A DNA stretch of 62,825 nucleotides from Candidatus Omnitrophota bacterium (GCA_903884815.1 CAISGE010000071.1:1-62825), one strand, 5' to 3'. Shown: positions 38,570 to 49,900, counted from the first letter of the stretch. The notes: generated from the letters alone by a model not told the origin. A program made the numbers and translations.

Positions 38570-39418
38570 TTAAAACTTTTCAATAGCCTTGGTGATCAAC
38601 TTATCCAGCTTGGGTCCCGCCTCGTTCGCGGTCTTAATAATCTCTTTGATGTCGCAGGGCTCCAAATGGTCCGGATCGCAAGTGTCCGTCACAATGCTTA
38701 ATCCGAGAACCTCCATCCCCATGTGCACGCCCACAATCACTTCCGGCACCGTCGACATCCCAACAAGGTCCGCGCCCCACTGGCGCATCATGCGGTATTC
38801 GGCGCGCGTCTCAAGGCAGGGGCCGGTCACTCCGATATAAACGCCGCGGTTCACGGGCACCTTGACCTCCTGCGAGGCCTGCGCCGTCAGATCGATCAGC
38901 CGTTTCGAATAGGGCTCGTACATGTCCGGGAAACGCGGCCCGAGCTTGTTCTCGTTGGGGCCCACAAGCGGGTTCACGCCCATGAAATTGATCTGGTCGG
39001 TGATCAGCACGATCTCGCCTTTTTTATAACTCAGATTCAGCCCGCCCGCCGCGTTCGAAACGATGAGCACCTTCGCGCCAAGCTGGCGGAGAACGCGCAC
39101 CCCGAACGTCACCTCGTCAAGCGAGTAACCTTCATAAAAATGGAACCGGCCTTCCATCGCCGCGATCTTCTTCCCCGAAAGTTCCCCGAGCACGAGCTGC
39201 CCCTTGTGCGACTCGACGGTCGATTCCGGAAAATGCGGCAGTTTGTCATAGGTCAGGACGGTTTCGGCCTTGATGCGCCCCGCGAGATTCCCGAGTCCGG
39301 TGCCGAGCACCAGCGCGATCTCCGGCACAAAATCCGTTTGCTTCCGGATCGCCGCGACGCAGGCGTCGATCTTTTTCAAGAGTGAACTCTGAGGTTTCTG
39401 TGTGCGCTTCATGGCCAT
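38570..39418 (-). CDS. punA: Purine nucleoside phosphorylase I
   Basis: LGTGLG, STVESHKG, GRFHFYEGY, SNAAGG, GPCLET.AE, VGMSTVPE. Confidence 0.93.
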   Translation of the reverse strand: MAMKRTQKPQSSLLKKIDACVAAIRKQTDFVPEIALVLGTGLGNLAGRIKAETVLTYDKLPHFPESTVESHKGQLVLGELSGKKIAAMEGRFHFYEGYSLDEVTFGVRVLRQLGAKVLIVSNAAGGLNLSYKKGEIVLITDQINFMGVNPLVGPNENKLGPRFPDMYEPYSKRLIDLTAQASQEVKVPVNRGVYIGVTGPCLETRAEYRMMRQWGADLVGMSTVPEVIVGVHMGMEVLGLSIVTDTCDPDHLEPCDIKEIIKTANEAGPKLDKLITKAIEKF

Positions 39419-39422
39419 AAGA

Positions 39423-39725
39423 TCATCCTCCCCCAAATTGATAAGCGAGCCTCATCAAAACCGTGACGAGGATCTTGTCAGTAATAAAAAGCATAAAAAA
39501 GGCAACCATCGGTGAAAGATCCAGCATCCCGATCGTCAGAGGCAACCGTCGCAAGGGCGCCAGGATCGGGTCCGTCACCTGGATCAGGAACTGGACGGGT
39601 CCTGAAAAAGGATCTATAGGAATCCAGGAAATAATGATCCGGGCGAAAAGAAGCCAGTAAAGAAGAGTGCAGATCCCGTGGACCAACAGCGCCAAACCCT
39701 GAAAAATGATTCCAATTGCAAACAT
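39423..39725 (-). CDS. yggT: YggT family membrane protein
   Basis: RIIISW...TDPILAPLRR...LDLSP. Confidence 0.9.
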   Translation of the reverse strand: MFAIGIIFQGLALLVHGICTLLYWLLFARIIISWIPIDPFSGPVQFLIQVTDPILAPLRRLPLTIGMLDLSPMVAFFMLFITDKILVTVLMRLAYQFGGG

Positions 39726-39825
39726 TTAGAAGCCCCCTCGATCACCTGTCATAACTACAATCAAATAGTTCCGCTTAGTTTGTGGCGCAACGGTCAACGA
39801 GCAACGAAAAGCTTTCACGTTGTGC

Positions 39826-40635
39826 TTACTTTCGCAATTCCCGACTCCGCCGCATCGCCGCCGCCAAAGCAGATTGAAAGATCTTTCCGAATTTTTTCTT
39901 ATTCAAAGTTTTAAGAGCGGCCTCCGTGGTCCCCTTTTTAGAAGTCACCATCTTGCGGAGTTCCCCGCACGACACCTCGGAATCCTTGGCCACAAGCGCG
40001 GCGCCCAAGCCCGTCTGAACCGCCAGTGTCGCGGCCACGCTGCGCGGCAGCCCCTGTTTCACACCGAAATCCTCCAGAAGCTCCATGAGATGAAAAAAAT
40101 AAGCCGGCCCGCTGCCGCTTAGGGCCGTTACAAGATCGAGCGTCTTTTCTGGCAGCATCGCAACCTCCCCACATCCTGAAAAAAGAGCGGCCGCAAAAGA
40201 AAGCCATTTCTTATTCTTCCCGCAAACAACAGTCATGGACGCTCCGGCCTTCGCGCCAAGATTGGGCATCGCCCGGACGATCACGGCGTTCCGGCCAATC
40301 GCCTTCCCGATTTTTTCCATTGTCAGTCCGGCCAGGATCGAGATCACCCCCTGCCCCGGTTTAAAGAACACCTTATATTCCTGAGCAAAGAGCAAAAAGT
40401 CCTGCGGCTTGATCGCCAGCAACACCACGTCCGTCTTTTTTATGAGGTCCGGGACCGACGCGGCGACTGCCACGTGATGCTTCTTGGAAAAACTGCGGGC
40501 CTTCGCCAAATCCTTGTCATAGACCCAGACGCGGGACGGGACCGTAAGGCGTCTGGCCAGAACCCCTTCCAGGATCGAAACGCCCATATTTCCAACACCG
40601 ATCAATCCGATCTTGCAAGACGACAACTTTTTCAT
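39826..40635 (-). CDS. proC: Pyrroline-5-carboxylate reductase
   Basis: IGVGNMG, LAIKPQ, RAMPN, TALSGSGPAY, VTSKKGTT. Confidence 0.96.
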   Translation of the reverse strand: MKKLSSCKIGLIGVGNMGVSILEGVLARRLTVPSRVWVYDKDLAKARSFSKKHHVAVAASVPDLIKKTDVVLLAIKPQDFLLFAQEYKVFFKPGQGVISILAGLTMEKIGKAIGRNAVIVRAMPNLGAKAGASMTVVCGKNKKWLSFAAALFSGCGEVAMLPEKTLDLVTALSGSGPAYFFHLMELLEDFGVKQGLPRSVAATLAVQTGLGAALVAKDSEVSCGELRKMVTSKKGTTEAALKTLNKKKFGKIFQSALAAAMRRSRELRK

Positions 40636-41324
40636 GTAGGGATCTCCCGCGGAAAAATTAAAGAGCCAATTCTAAGCATATTTGCGCCTTCTTCAATAGC
40701 TATTCTGTAATCGGAAGACATGCCCATGGAAAGGATGCCCCAGGACTGCTGAGGGAATTTCCCTTTCAGATCTTCCAGGAGTTCCCGCGTCTTACGAAAA
40801 CACTCGCGGATCCTCTTCTCATTCTCTGTCATGGGGCCGATCGCCATGAGGCCTTGGATCTTCACCCGAGGCCTGTCGGGCATTTGGCGAATAAAATCAT
40901 CCACCGCGGCGGGATCCAACCCGAATTTGCTTTCCTCTCCGGCCATATTCACCTGGACCAGGCAAGGAACTTCGCGGATCCCCTTCGCGATCGCCTGTTT
41001 CTCGAGCGCGTCCGCGAGCGCCAGACGGTCCAGCGAATGGATGAGTGAAACACGGCCGATCACGTGCTTTACTTTATTGGTTTGAAGATGCCCGATCAAA
41101 TGCCAGCGAATGTCCTGCGGAAGAAGATCCTTTTTCTCATCCCACTCCTGGACCCGGTTCTCCCCAAAATCGCGCTCGCCCGCCTGATACGCTTCAAGGA
41201 TCCGCGCAGGCTCCACCGTTTTCGTCACGATCACAAGGCGGACACTTTCGGAGCTCCGACCCGTCCCCTGCGTGATTTCCCCGATAGATTTTCTGAGGGT
41301 CTGAATACTGGCAGCGATCGTCAT
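40632..41324 (-). CDS. yggS: PLP homeostasis protein
   Basis: VTKT, FGENRVQE, WHLIGHLQTNK, LSMGMSSDY, RIGS. Confidence 0.96.
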   Translation of the reverse strand: MTIAASIQTLRKSIGEITQGTGRSSESVRLVIVTKTVEPARILEAYQAGERDFGENRVQEWDEKKDLLPQDIRWHLIGHLQTNKVKHVIGRVSLIHSLDRLALADALEKQAIAKGIREVPCLVQVNMAGEESKFGLDPAAVDDFIRQMPDRPRVKIQGLMAIGPMTENEKRIRECFRKTRELLEDLKGKFPQQSWGILSMGMSSDYRIAIEEGANMLRIGSLIFPREIPT

Positions 41325-42355
41325 AAAACTCGGGAGAGTGGAGGGACAAGAGCGGCGGGAGCCTCGGTTTTGGCGTCCTCCGCCGCCGGGCTTCCTTCAT
41401 CCGGTGCTATTTTTTTCATCAGGTCGAAGAGCTCGATCACTTTTCCGCGATCCACAAAGAATACCGTATCTTCCCCTTCCCGAAGACCATAATACGCATT
41501 GTGCTCGGGAACCTCATTTCCAAAATGGAAGTTCTCCGTCTTCACGCCTTCCCCTTCGACCCGGATCCTGTCGTGGATCATGAAGAACCCGAGCTCGGCC
41601 CGGGATTTCTTATTGCTATCCAGAAACTCTTTGACGTGAAGGTTCTGAAGCGTCGTGAGCACGGCATACATCACTCCGGCGGGCACCTTTTGTCCAAACT
41701 TCGCAACAGGCTCAAACCAGTACCAATCGGGGCCGTCTTTTCTAAATTGATAACTGTGCTCCCCCATTTCCACGGTGATTTTCCGGTATGTCTCCGGCGC
41801 GGCGCGAAAGATCCGCTTTTCCCGCAACCCGTAAACACTTTGCCGGAATACGGATTTCATCTCGGACGATAAGAGAAAATACCCGCGCTCTTCAGCCCAG
41901 CGGGCGTAGAACGCCTTTCCGACGGGAACCTTCATCCCGATGAGAAGCGTAGCCGTTTTTTTCTCAGCCAAACCCAAGGTGATCTCCATGTCAGGGCTAG
42001 CCAACCCGTACTCGGCCCATTCTTTTTCAGACCGCAGACGAGGCTGCCGGGATGCCAATCGCGCCGTCGCGGCCAGACCTTCCAGGATCCCGGATTCTGC
42101 CGGATACCGGACCGGAACCTCCAAAAACCAGGAGCCGTCCTTTTTTTGGAGTTCGATCTGAGTTTTCTGAGTATTGTCGCGAAGCGCGATACGATCGATC
42201 GTATCATTTTGTGAAAGGGTCACATTCCGGTTCACTTCGTCCGGAATAGTCTTCAGAGACTCTTTGGCTAACCGCACTTGGAAGAGATAGACGGCGGCGG
42301 CGAATACAAAAATAAGGATAAAAGCAAGCGTCCGGACTAACTTCATGACGTCCAA
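41321..42355 (-). CDS. DUF4340-like membrane-anchored protein
   Basis: N-terminal TM, two repeats with YGL..P / LIG; typical position downstream of gldA/F/G-like genes. Confidence 0.7.
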   Translation of the reverse strand: MDVMKLVRTLAFILIFVFAAAVYLFQVRLAKESLKTIPDEVNRNVTLSQNDTIDRIALRDNTQKTQIELQKKDGSWFLEVPVRYPAESGILEGLAATARLASRQPRLRSEKEWAEYGLASPDMEITLGLAEKKTATLLIGMKVPVGKAFYARWAEERGYFLLSSEMKSVFRQSVYGLREKRIFRAAPETYRKITVEMGEHSYQFRKDGPDWYWFEPVAKFGQKVPAGVMYAVLTTLQNLHVKEFLDSNKKSRAELGFFMIHDRIRVEGEGVKTENFHFGNEVPEHNAYYGLREGEDTVFFVDRGKVIELFDLMKKIAPDEGSPAAEDAKTEAPAALVPPLSRVL

Positions 42356-42407
42356 ATCTCAATAGTTTGGGCTGTCATGATTACCTTCAGATTTAAATTA
42401 ATGAGAA

Positions 42408-43760
42408 TCATGACGTTTTTGAACGGATCAGGAGATAGATTCCCCCGACGGCTAGGAAAAAAAACGGGTAAACGCCGATCAAAACAAACATCAGCTGCGC
42501 CCGGTGCGGCGTATCCAGAAGCAGCGGTTTAAACCGGAGCTCCGGGCGTTTCACATCCATAAAACGGTCATCACTCGCGAGCCAACGGATCATATTCAGA
42601 CCGAACTCCTTGTTGCCGGAGAGGCTCAGGTAACCGTTCGTCAGAAAATCCCCATCCCCGACCACGATCATCCGACCTCCTACGGCCTGTTTCCGCTCCA
42701 CCGCCACCGCGACCGAAAGAGGCCCGGCAATATCCGTTTTCATATCAAAAACAGCCGTTCCGTTCTCCATTCCGGGGAGATCGCTCTCGGCCCAACTCCC
42801 CTCACCGGTCAGGGCAAGCGGCATCACCTCAAGACCCGGGGTGACATCCGTGGAAGGCTGTACCGTCCGCACCAGCGGAAAAAAAGTGGCCTGTTTCATA
42901 CTCTTGGCGACAGGGTGCGTCACCAGATAACGGCTCACCAGCGGCATCAAGAAATCCCCGCCGACCATGCGGCTCTTCTTATCCACGATCACGTTCTGTC
43001 CGAGCGCCACACCATATTTTCTGACATACTCGATAAAGGCCTGGCCCGCGCCCGGATCCATGGGATCGATCAGTAAAAGGACACCCTTCCCGGCATTAAA
43101 AGCCTTATCAAGATCCGCGAACTCTTCCGGCGTCAGATCCCAGCGGGGCCCCCCCACGACGACCACCTGGCAAGCGTCAGGCACATGATCGCGGGTTAGC
43201 ACAATCGCGTGGATCTTGGCGTTATAGCCCTGGAGCGTGTCCCGGAATTGAAGATACCCGCCCGTGGCCTCATCCTCGAGGACAACTTCCCCGTGCCCCG
43301 TCACAAAGCAGACATCAAGGTCCTTGGGGTGAAGAAGTCGCAGGAACGCGTTCGTAAAGCCCTCTTCCGTCGGCGCGACCAAACGCTCTTCACGATCGCC
43401 GGAACGGAAGATCACCGTCTTGGAGTCCGTGACATTGAACTTGCGTGCCAATTGCGGCCGGCGATTCGGGTCATAAAAGTCATAATGAAATTCCGGGTGG
43501 TGACGGCGGCATTCCTTTAGAAAAATCTCGAGACCCTGTCGCGCGGGATCATCTTGTTGAAAAAAAAGAAGCGTGTCGATCTTCTGCCCTTTCAGGTCCC
43601 GCAATACGCCGAGGGTCGACTGTGGCAGAGAATAGATCTTATCCTGCGTCATGTCCCACCGTTCGTGGAATGGCTGGATCACGATATAGACCAGCGCGAT
43701 CGTCGCCAGAAGGATCGCCGCCTCGAACAGAATCTGGAATTTCAGAAAGAATTGGCGCAT
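42408..43760 (-). CDS. GldG-like ABC transporter auxiliary component
   Basis: RWDMT.DKIYSL, FVTGHGE, GRMIVVGDGDF..N...N..F.LN..RWL, C-terminal TM. Confidence 0.85.
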   Translation of the reverse strand: MRQFFLKFQILFEAAILLATIALVYIVIQPFHERWDMTQDKIYSLPQSTLGVLRDLKGQKIDTLLFFQQDDPARQGLEIFLKECRRHHPEFHYDFYDPNRRPQLARKFNVTDSKTVIFRSGDREERLVAPTEEGFTNAFLRLLHPKDLDVCFVTGHGEVVLEDEATGGYLQFRDTLQGYNAKIHAIVLTRDHVPDACQVVVVGGPRWDLTPEEFADLDKAFNAGKGVLLLIDPMDPGAGQAFIEYVRKYGVALGQNVIVDKKSRMVGGDFLMPLVSRYLVTHPVAKSMKQATFFPLVRTVQPSTDVTPGLEVMPLALTGEGSWAESDLPGMENGTAVFDMKTDIAGPLSVAVAVERKQAVGGRMIVVGDGDFLTNGYLSLSGNKEFGLNMIRWLASDDRFMDVKRPELRFKPLLLDTPHRAQLMFVLIGVYPFFFLAVGGIYLLIRSKTS

Positions 43761-44536
43761 CAGCTCTTCCAGTTCCGTGTTTCGATCGACCGCAGCGTGA
43801 GAAAAAGGAAATAGAAGAAAAAGAATCCGAAATACACAAGATCCTGAACATCCAGGATCCCGATCGTAAAATTTCTGTAATGGGCGAGCGGTGAAAGCTC
43901 AGTAAAAATGTGGGCCCACACCCCGCTCGAAATACCCTCCACCCAGTCAAAGATCCAGAACACCAGAAGAAGACTGAAAGTCCCGATGGCGCTCACCATG
44001 GGACTTTTGGTCAGACTCGAGATGAAAACCCCCGCCGCGAGGTAAGCGTTCCCCAAAAGCCAGAACCCAAGATACCCGAGCAGCACCGGCCCCCAATCGA
44101 TCTCACCACCGATCCAGCGGTAAATCACGATATACCCTAACAGCGGCAAAAGGAGGATCTCAAAGAACCAGACGATCCCCAACTGCTTGCCGGCCACGAT
44201 CTCAAAGTCGGACAAGGGATAGGTGAACATCAGCTCCAGGGTTTCCCCCCGTTTTTCTTCCGCAAAGGAGCGCATCGTGAGGATCGGCACCAGAAAAAGC
44301 AGCATGATGCTGATATTGATAAAAAAAGATCCGAAGATAAATTGCGTCTGATTGATCCCCGAGAAGTTCGACAGCCCGTACTGCTGCGGGTTCATGGAGA
44401 TCTTGGCGTAATTAAGCACCAGGATCACGAAAAACACCCCCGAGACCAGGAGCACCAGCACCGACATCATGACCCCCAGCCAAGAATGAAAACAGCTGCT
44501 GAATTCCTTGCGCGCGATCGCGAAAACTTTCCTCAT
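43760..44536 (-). CDS. GldF-like ABC-2 permease
   Basis: IARKE, PILTMRSFAEEKRGETLELMFT.P, six TMs. Confidence 0.9.
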   Translation of the reverse strand: MRKVFAIARKEFSSCFHSWLGVMMSVLVLLVSGVFFVILVLNYAKISMNPQQYGLSNFSGINQTQFIFGSFFINISIMLLFLVPILTMRSFAEEKRGETLELMFTYPLSDFEIVAGKQLGIVWFFEILLLPLLGYIVIYRWIGGEIDWGPVLLGYLGFWLLGNAYLAAGVFISSLTKSPMVSAIGTFSLLLVFWIFDWVEGISSGVWAHIFTELSPLAHYRNFTIGILDVQDLVYFGFFFFYFLFLTLRSIETRNWKS

Positions 44537-45516
44537 CAGAAACGCCTCCCTAGCTTCCCGTCCTTCAAAAGCCCCAGGAAAATATCTTCGAGGGACAACT
44601 GCTGGCGCTGGATCTCCACCAGCGAGATCCCCTGCTCGACAAAAAGCTTCGTGATCAGCGGTCGCAAGTCCTCCTCAGGCGAAGTTTCAAACGAGATGAA
44701 CGTCTCGCCTTTCACTTCCTCCGCGCAGTTCAAGTTCTCGACCCCCGGCATCGCGCCCAGAAGCTTGAGGGCATGATCCTGATCACGGCGGTCCTTGAGC
44801 CTGAGATGGATCGCCTCCCGATCCTTAAGACAGGACGCAAGTTCCTTCACGGTTCCGCTTGCGAGGATCTGTCCCTGATTGATCATCATGACCCGACTGC
44901 AAAGCGTGGAGACTTCCGGAAGAATATGCGTCGAGAGGATCACGGCGCGGTTCTGCCCGAGCGCGTGGACCAATTCCCGTATTTCCTTGATCTGCGTCGG
45001 ATCAAGCCCCGTCGTCGGTTCATCCAGGATGAGGACCGAAGGATCCGCCATGAGCGCCTGAGCGAGCCCGACACGCTGGCGGTATCCCTTGGAAAGACGG
45101 CCGATCAGGCGATGCCCGACCCCAAGCAATCCACAAAAGGACATTTTGCCACGGACATGGTCCGTGAGCTCATGGCCGGGAACACCTTTAAGTTTCGCCA
45201 CAAAGCGCAGGTATTCGATCACCTTCATATCCGGATAAAGGCTGACGGTTTCCGGAAGATAGCCGAGCGCGCGCTTCGCCTTGTGGGGATGCTTGGCGAT
45301 ATCGATGCCACGGATCAAAACGCGTCCGCTCGTCGGAGGAAAGAATCCCGAGATAATGCGCATGGCCGTGGTCTTGCCCGCGCCATTGGGCCCCAGGAAC
45401 CCGACGATCTCCCCGGCCTTCACTTCGAAGGAGACATCGCGAAGGGCGTGAAAGGCTCCGTACTTCTTGGAAACCTTTTCGAATTTTATAAGAACATCGG
45501 AGTGGGAATTATTCAT
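44536..45516 (-). CDS. GldA-like ABC ATPase
   Basis: GPNGAGKTT, LSKGYRQRVGLAQAL, LDEPT.GLDP. Start moved to ATG 45516 because the upstream in-frame part is a heptamer repeat. Confidence 0.93.
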   Translation of the reverse strand: MNNSHSDVLIKFEKVSKKYGAFHALRDVSFEVKAGEIVGFLGPNGAGKTTAMRIISGFFPPTSGRVLIRGIDIAKHPHKAKRALGYLPETVSLYPDMKVIEYLRFVAKLKGVPGHELTDHVRGKMSFCGLLGVGHRLIGRLSKGYRQRVGLAQALMADPSVLILDEPTTGLDPTQIKEIRELVHALGQNRAVILSTHILPEVSTLCSRVMMINQGQILASGTVKELASCLKDREAIHLRLKDRRDQDHALKLLGAMPGVENLNCAEEVKGETFISFETSPEEDLRPLITKLFVEQGISLVEIQRQQLSLEDIFLGLLKDGKLGRRF

Positions 45517-45534
45517 GAGCCTCAAAATTAAAAA

Positions 45535-45633
45535 GGTAGGTAGTAGAGGGTACGTAGTAAGTAGAAAATCCGTTCGCTCTGCTCCAGCGTTCCTGCTACC
45601 TACCACCTACGACTTACTACGTACTCAGTACTA
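45535..45633. repeat. Heptamer-repeat inverted element between tyrS and the ABC ATPase
   Basis: ggtaggt-agtagag-ggtacgt-agtaagt ... ctaccta-ccaccta-cgactta-ctacgta-ctcagta. Confidence 0.7.
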
Positions 45634-46831
45634 TTTTTGCGAATTTCCGCTTACCGCATTGCAGGACAAAAGGATCCCCGATCGTAATAGCCGCCTTCGG
45701 GTCCGTGATCTTTTCATGGCCGATCTTGACACCGCCCTGTTCCATCAGCCGGCGGGCTTCAGTTTTGCTCGCCACGAGCTTTGCTTCAACGAGAAGGCTT
45801 ACGATATCGATCGTCCTTTGGGAGATCTTCACGGTAGGGATATCCACCGGCATGCCTTTATTCTTGAAGATCTCATCGAACTCTTCCCGTGCCCGGATCC
45901 CGTCCGTCTCGGAATGAAAAAGAGAAACGATGCGTTCCGCAAGGCGCGACTTCGCTTCCCGCGGATGAAGAATGCCGCATTTCAGATCCGCGAGCACCGA
46001 CTCCACTTCTTTGAGGGAAAGTGCTGCCAGGTAGCGATAGTAACGTTCCATCATGGTATCCGGGATCGACATCACCTTGCCGAACATCTCCCTCGGGGAG
46101 TCCTTGAGAGCGATATGGTTGCCGAGGCTTTTGGACATTTTCTGAACGCCGTCCAGTCCTTCGATCAAGGGAAGCGTCATGACCACCTGCGGCGTCTGAC
46201 CGTCGGTCTTTTGAAGCTCGCGGCCCACAAGCAGATTGAATTTCTGGTCCGTCCCCCCGATCTCGATATCCGAACGGATCTCTACGGAATCATGGCCCTG
46301 AAGAAGCGGGTAAAGGAATTCCACAAGCGCGATCGGCTGTCCGGCCTTGTAACGTTTGGAGAAATCATCGCGCTCAAGAATACGCGCCACGGTGTACTGC
46401 GCCGTCAGTTTCAGAAAATCCTCAGGCCGCATCTTCCCCAACCACTCCGAGTTGTAGCGGACCTCCGTCTTTTTCTTGTCGAGGATCTGGAACACCTGTT
46501 CCTGATACGTTTTCGCGTTCGCCAGCACCTGCTCTTCGGTTTGCATCGGCCGCGTCTCGGATTTCCCGGAAGGATCGCCGATACGCGCCGTAAAGTCACC
46601 GATAATAAAGACCACGAGATGTCCTAAATCCTGAAGCTGGCGGAGTTTGCGAAGCGGGACGGTATGCCCGAGATGAAGGTCCGGAGCAGAAGGATCGGCC
46701 CCATATTTGATGCGGAGCGGACGCTTTTCCTTAAGAGAAGCTTCAAGCTTGGCGGTGAGCTCACGCTCGGAGATAAGCTCGACGAGATTTTCTTTGAAGA
46801 CTTCCAACTGCTCGAGGACAGGCTTGAACAT
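45617..46831 (-). CDS. tyrS: Tyrosine--tRNA ligase
   Basis: [35 protein letters not shown]-terminal S4 domain. Confidence 0.98.
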   Translation of the reverse strand: MFKPVLEQLEVFKENLVELISERELTAKLEASLKEKRPLRIKYGADPSAPDLHLGHTVPLRKLRQLQDLGHLVVFIIGDFTARIGDPSGKSETRPMQTEEQVLANAKTYQEQVFQILDKKKTEVRYNSEWLGKMRPEDFLKLTAQYTVARILERDDFSKRYKAGQPIALVEFLYPLLQGHDSVEIRSDIEIGGTDQKFNLLVGRELQKTDGQTPQVVMTLPLIEGLDGVQKMSKSLGNHIALKDSPREMFGKVMSIPDTMMERYYRYLAALSLKEVESVLADLKCGILHPREAKSRLAERIVSLFHSETDGIRAREEFDEIFKNKGMPVDIPTVKISQRTIDIVSLLVEAKLVASKTEARRLMEQGGVKIGHEKITDPKAAITIGDPFVLQCGKRKFAKIVLST

Positions 46832-46874
46832 GGGTCTAAGTCTCAGTTTACAAAGGAGTTATGGACCGAGGCGT

Positions 46875-46903
46875 ATTCTATCGAGGAAACGGGAAAGTGA
46901 GAA
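46875..46903 (-). promoter_or_regulatory. Putative sigma70 promoter for tyrS
   Basis: Minus strand TTCTCA-17-TAGAAT about 45 nt upstream of the ATG. Confidence 0.45.
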
Positions 46904-46925
46904 GAGGAAATTCGTAAACAAAAAA

Positions 46926-46985
46926 AGTACGGCGGAAGGAGTACAGTGTACAGCGTTTGCAATACGCCGTACGCCTTGCGCCGTA
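46926..46985. repeat. Heptamer-repeat inverted element / possible terminator after the giant gene
   Basis: gtacggc-ggaagga-gtacagt-gtacagc ... tacgccg-tacgcct-tgcgccg-ta. On the minus strand the stem is followed by a T-run (aaaaaaa at 46920-46926). Confidence 0.6.
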
Positions 46986-46991
46986 AGAAAA

Positions 46992-49900
46992 CTATGCCGC
47001 CTTTCGGATCTCGGAGCGGGCGACAAATTCCCTGGCCAACGCCATGAGGTTCTCGACGAGGAAGAAATTCAGCCCCATCTGCCTGACGCCCGGCAAATAC
47101 TCCGTCACAAACTTCAGCAGAAGTGCCTCGCGAGCGGCATCGTCCGGAACATTTCGCAGGAGACTCGCTAAATTCTTAAGAGCGATCCCCAGCGCCGTCA
47201 CGACCATCATATCCCCCGAGCGGACGCCGGGCGCACCGAACGCAAAGTGTATCCCCGTCTCAAGACCTTCGCTTGAATTCGCCGCGAGATGCAGGGTCGC
47301 AAACCCCGCCGCGTCTTTCCCGAGACCCACAGCATACTGATTGAGAACCTGATTTTCCGTCTGGCCTCCGGCCGGTTCAATCACTTTGAGGATCTCTCCC
47401 TGTTTGATCGCCTCCAGGATCGCCGTCCGGACCTCGAATTCAGAAGGAGCCACGACACCTTCGGACATAAGACCGCGTTCAATATCCCGGATCAGTGCGT
47501 CCCTCGACCCCACCACGACAAGCGGGGCATCGCCGGACCCGGACGAAGCCTTCAACAGAGCATAGAGGGCCTTCTTTCCTTCCCTATTCATGAGATACGC
47601 CTTAACCATATCGCCGCCAATCGCGAGCGTCCCCTGCGCTTGGGAAACAGTCGTCACAGATTCTGCCACGCCGCTGGGAATCTTGAAGACACCGTTCTCG
47701 GCCGTGAGGTTACCGTCACCCGGCAGAAGCGTCCCAAGAACATCGTTCGGCTCTCCAGCCTCTTCAGCCGCATGGACCACAGGAACTCCGGCGATCTGGT
47801 TGATGACATCGGCAACGCCAGCAGTTCCCAGCGAGGCCTCGACCTGTTCCACCTTATTCATGGCGAGCAGACCAAAACAGAGCTCCTTGTAGAACACACG
47901 AAGGGATTCGATCTGCTCGGGTGTCAGGATCACACGGTCCCCTTTAAAACTCATCCGCTCCTGCGGCCAATGCGGGACACTCGGCGCATAATACCCCGCC
48001 CCGATCAATTGGGTGTGTCCGATCCGAGACGGAGGACTCTGATGAAATCTCATTTCCGCCCGGTTGGCTGTCTCTTCAGAGCGAGCCTCGCCGAGCTCCC
48101 TATAGGCCCGGACCAAGCGGGGATTTCTATGTAACAGTCCCAATACGGGTTTCAGCTTCACGTTGATCCAGGGCAAGCTACCATCGGTATGGCCCTCGGA
48201 AATAGCGATCTCCCCAAGAATGGCCGATGTCCAGCGCTGAGCGTCTCTTCTTGTCCCAACCTCAAGATTGGAGAGAATGAACACGAAGAACGGCTTAAGC
48301 GCCCGGGCGACGAGCTCGGGGCCGTTTTGAAAGTGAGAAGATCCGACGGTCGCAAAGATCCGCTCCTTCTTCCCCAAGTTATAAAGATCGATCCTCCCGA
48401 CAGCGTGAGTCCCGCCCATCGATCCGATCTTGTCCACCACCTTCCTGTTCCACCAGTCTGTCACAGCTATATCAAAATCCTGGGCCGCTTCATCCGTCAG
48501 ATTCCCGAGATCATCCAGCACGGCATTTTGCGCGGGGGCAAAAGCGCGTTTTTCCGCTCGCCCCAAATCTTCCCCTTCCGGTTCCGCCACGCTCCTTGCG
48601 AGGACTCGGTGAGCCGCATGCTGTATTTCCAAATCGAGATCCGTCTGCGCCAATAACTCATGAATCGCAGGGAGCGCCCGATCCCCAAGCTTGATCAGTT
48701 CCTCCACCGCGTCATCACGCGTAACGTCGTTTTTCAAAGCTTCGACCCAATAGCCCACGGGATGCCGCAGAATAAAGATGTTCATCACAATATTTCCAAA
48801 TATCTTGAAAGCCACAAAACCCAAGCCGATGATGCCTAGGATCAGCATTCCCAAATTCTCGGTTTTATGATAATTCCAGAAATCACTGAAGGAGGTCACC
48901 CGCAGAACCTCCAGCGTTTTCATCGCACGGGTCCTGAGTTCCCTGTCGGGGGATGTCAGATGACGTCTCGCGAATTCCGGCGCACCCGGCACCTCCGCCG
49001 CTGCAGCGATGTTGCCCTGGATCAGAAACGAATAGAACTGTGCCTCCGGATTCTCGAGTTGTCCGAGGAGATCCCCGGTGGCCTCCATGAGGATGTGACC
49101 GCCCATATTCTTGGGCCTGTGGCCGAACTCCTGCCTGAGCGCGAAATACTGTGTGATCGCGATGGGGGCCACCTCACCGGACATCCCGATTAGCGCGTCC
49201 TTGATCTTCTCCCTTAAACTCCCCCCCGAATCGTACATGTCCGTCCAAGCCGTAAAGAGCACTTGGGCCGACGCGGCGTTTTTTATCTTTCCGAGATCTT
49301 CAACGGCCTTTGTTTTCGCTTCCAGCGGCGCTTTATCGTTCGCGAGCACCACCGCCGGATCGTACGCCAAATTTGTCATCCCCGTTGTTGTTACCGCCAT
49401 CCCTCGGGACTTCCCAACCGGCCGCTCAAACTGCTGGATAAAAGTCCCTCCCGGAAGCTCGGCCGCACGCCGGGTCTCAACCGGTTTTGTAAAAGCAATT
49501 GCAGATGTCACAGACATCAGCCCGGCGAGCACTACGACAGGAAATCGGACTTCGGAACGGTCAAGGGGCTTGGAGCTAGCTTCGCGTGCGGCCGCAGCCT
49601 CCGCAATTTTTTGGGCCACCAAAGTTTCGACCTGTGCTCGCGAAAGTCCGGTTTCGGTCATGATGTATTGGATGGTCGTTTCGCTCAGGGGCAAATAAAA
49701 CCGCGCCGCCGTCCCCTCTCGCAAACGCACCTCAATCGGTCCGGGGATGATTTCCGTGCTCCGCCCTTCGGAACGTTTGGTTATAGACCCACTAAGTTCT
49801 AAAAGAAGCGCATATAGCGCGTCATCAGCCCGGAGATATTGTTCCTCGATCGCGGCCATGCGGTTTAAAGCTTCCGGAATATCGTCTTGCTTCAATGCGG

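Noticed and set aside
41321-45516. Gld-like ABC system as the dedicated exporter of the giant protein
   Set aside because: It is separated by tyrS with its own putative promoter and is a widespread cluster; proximity is the only evidence.
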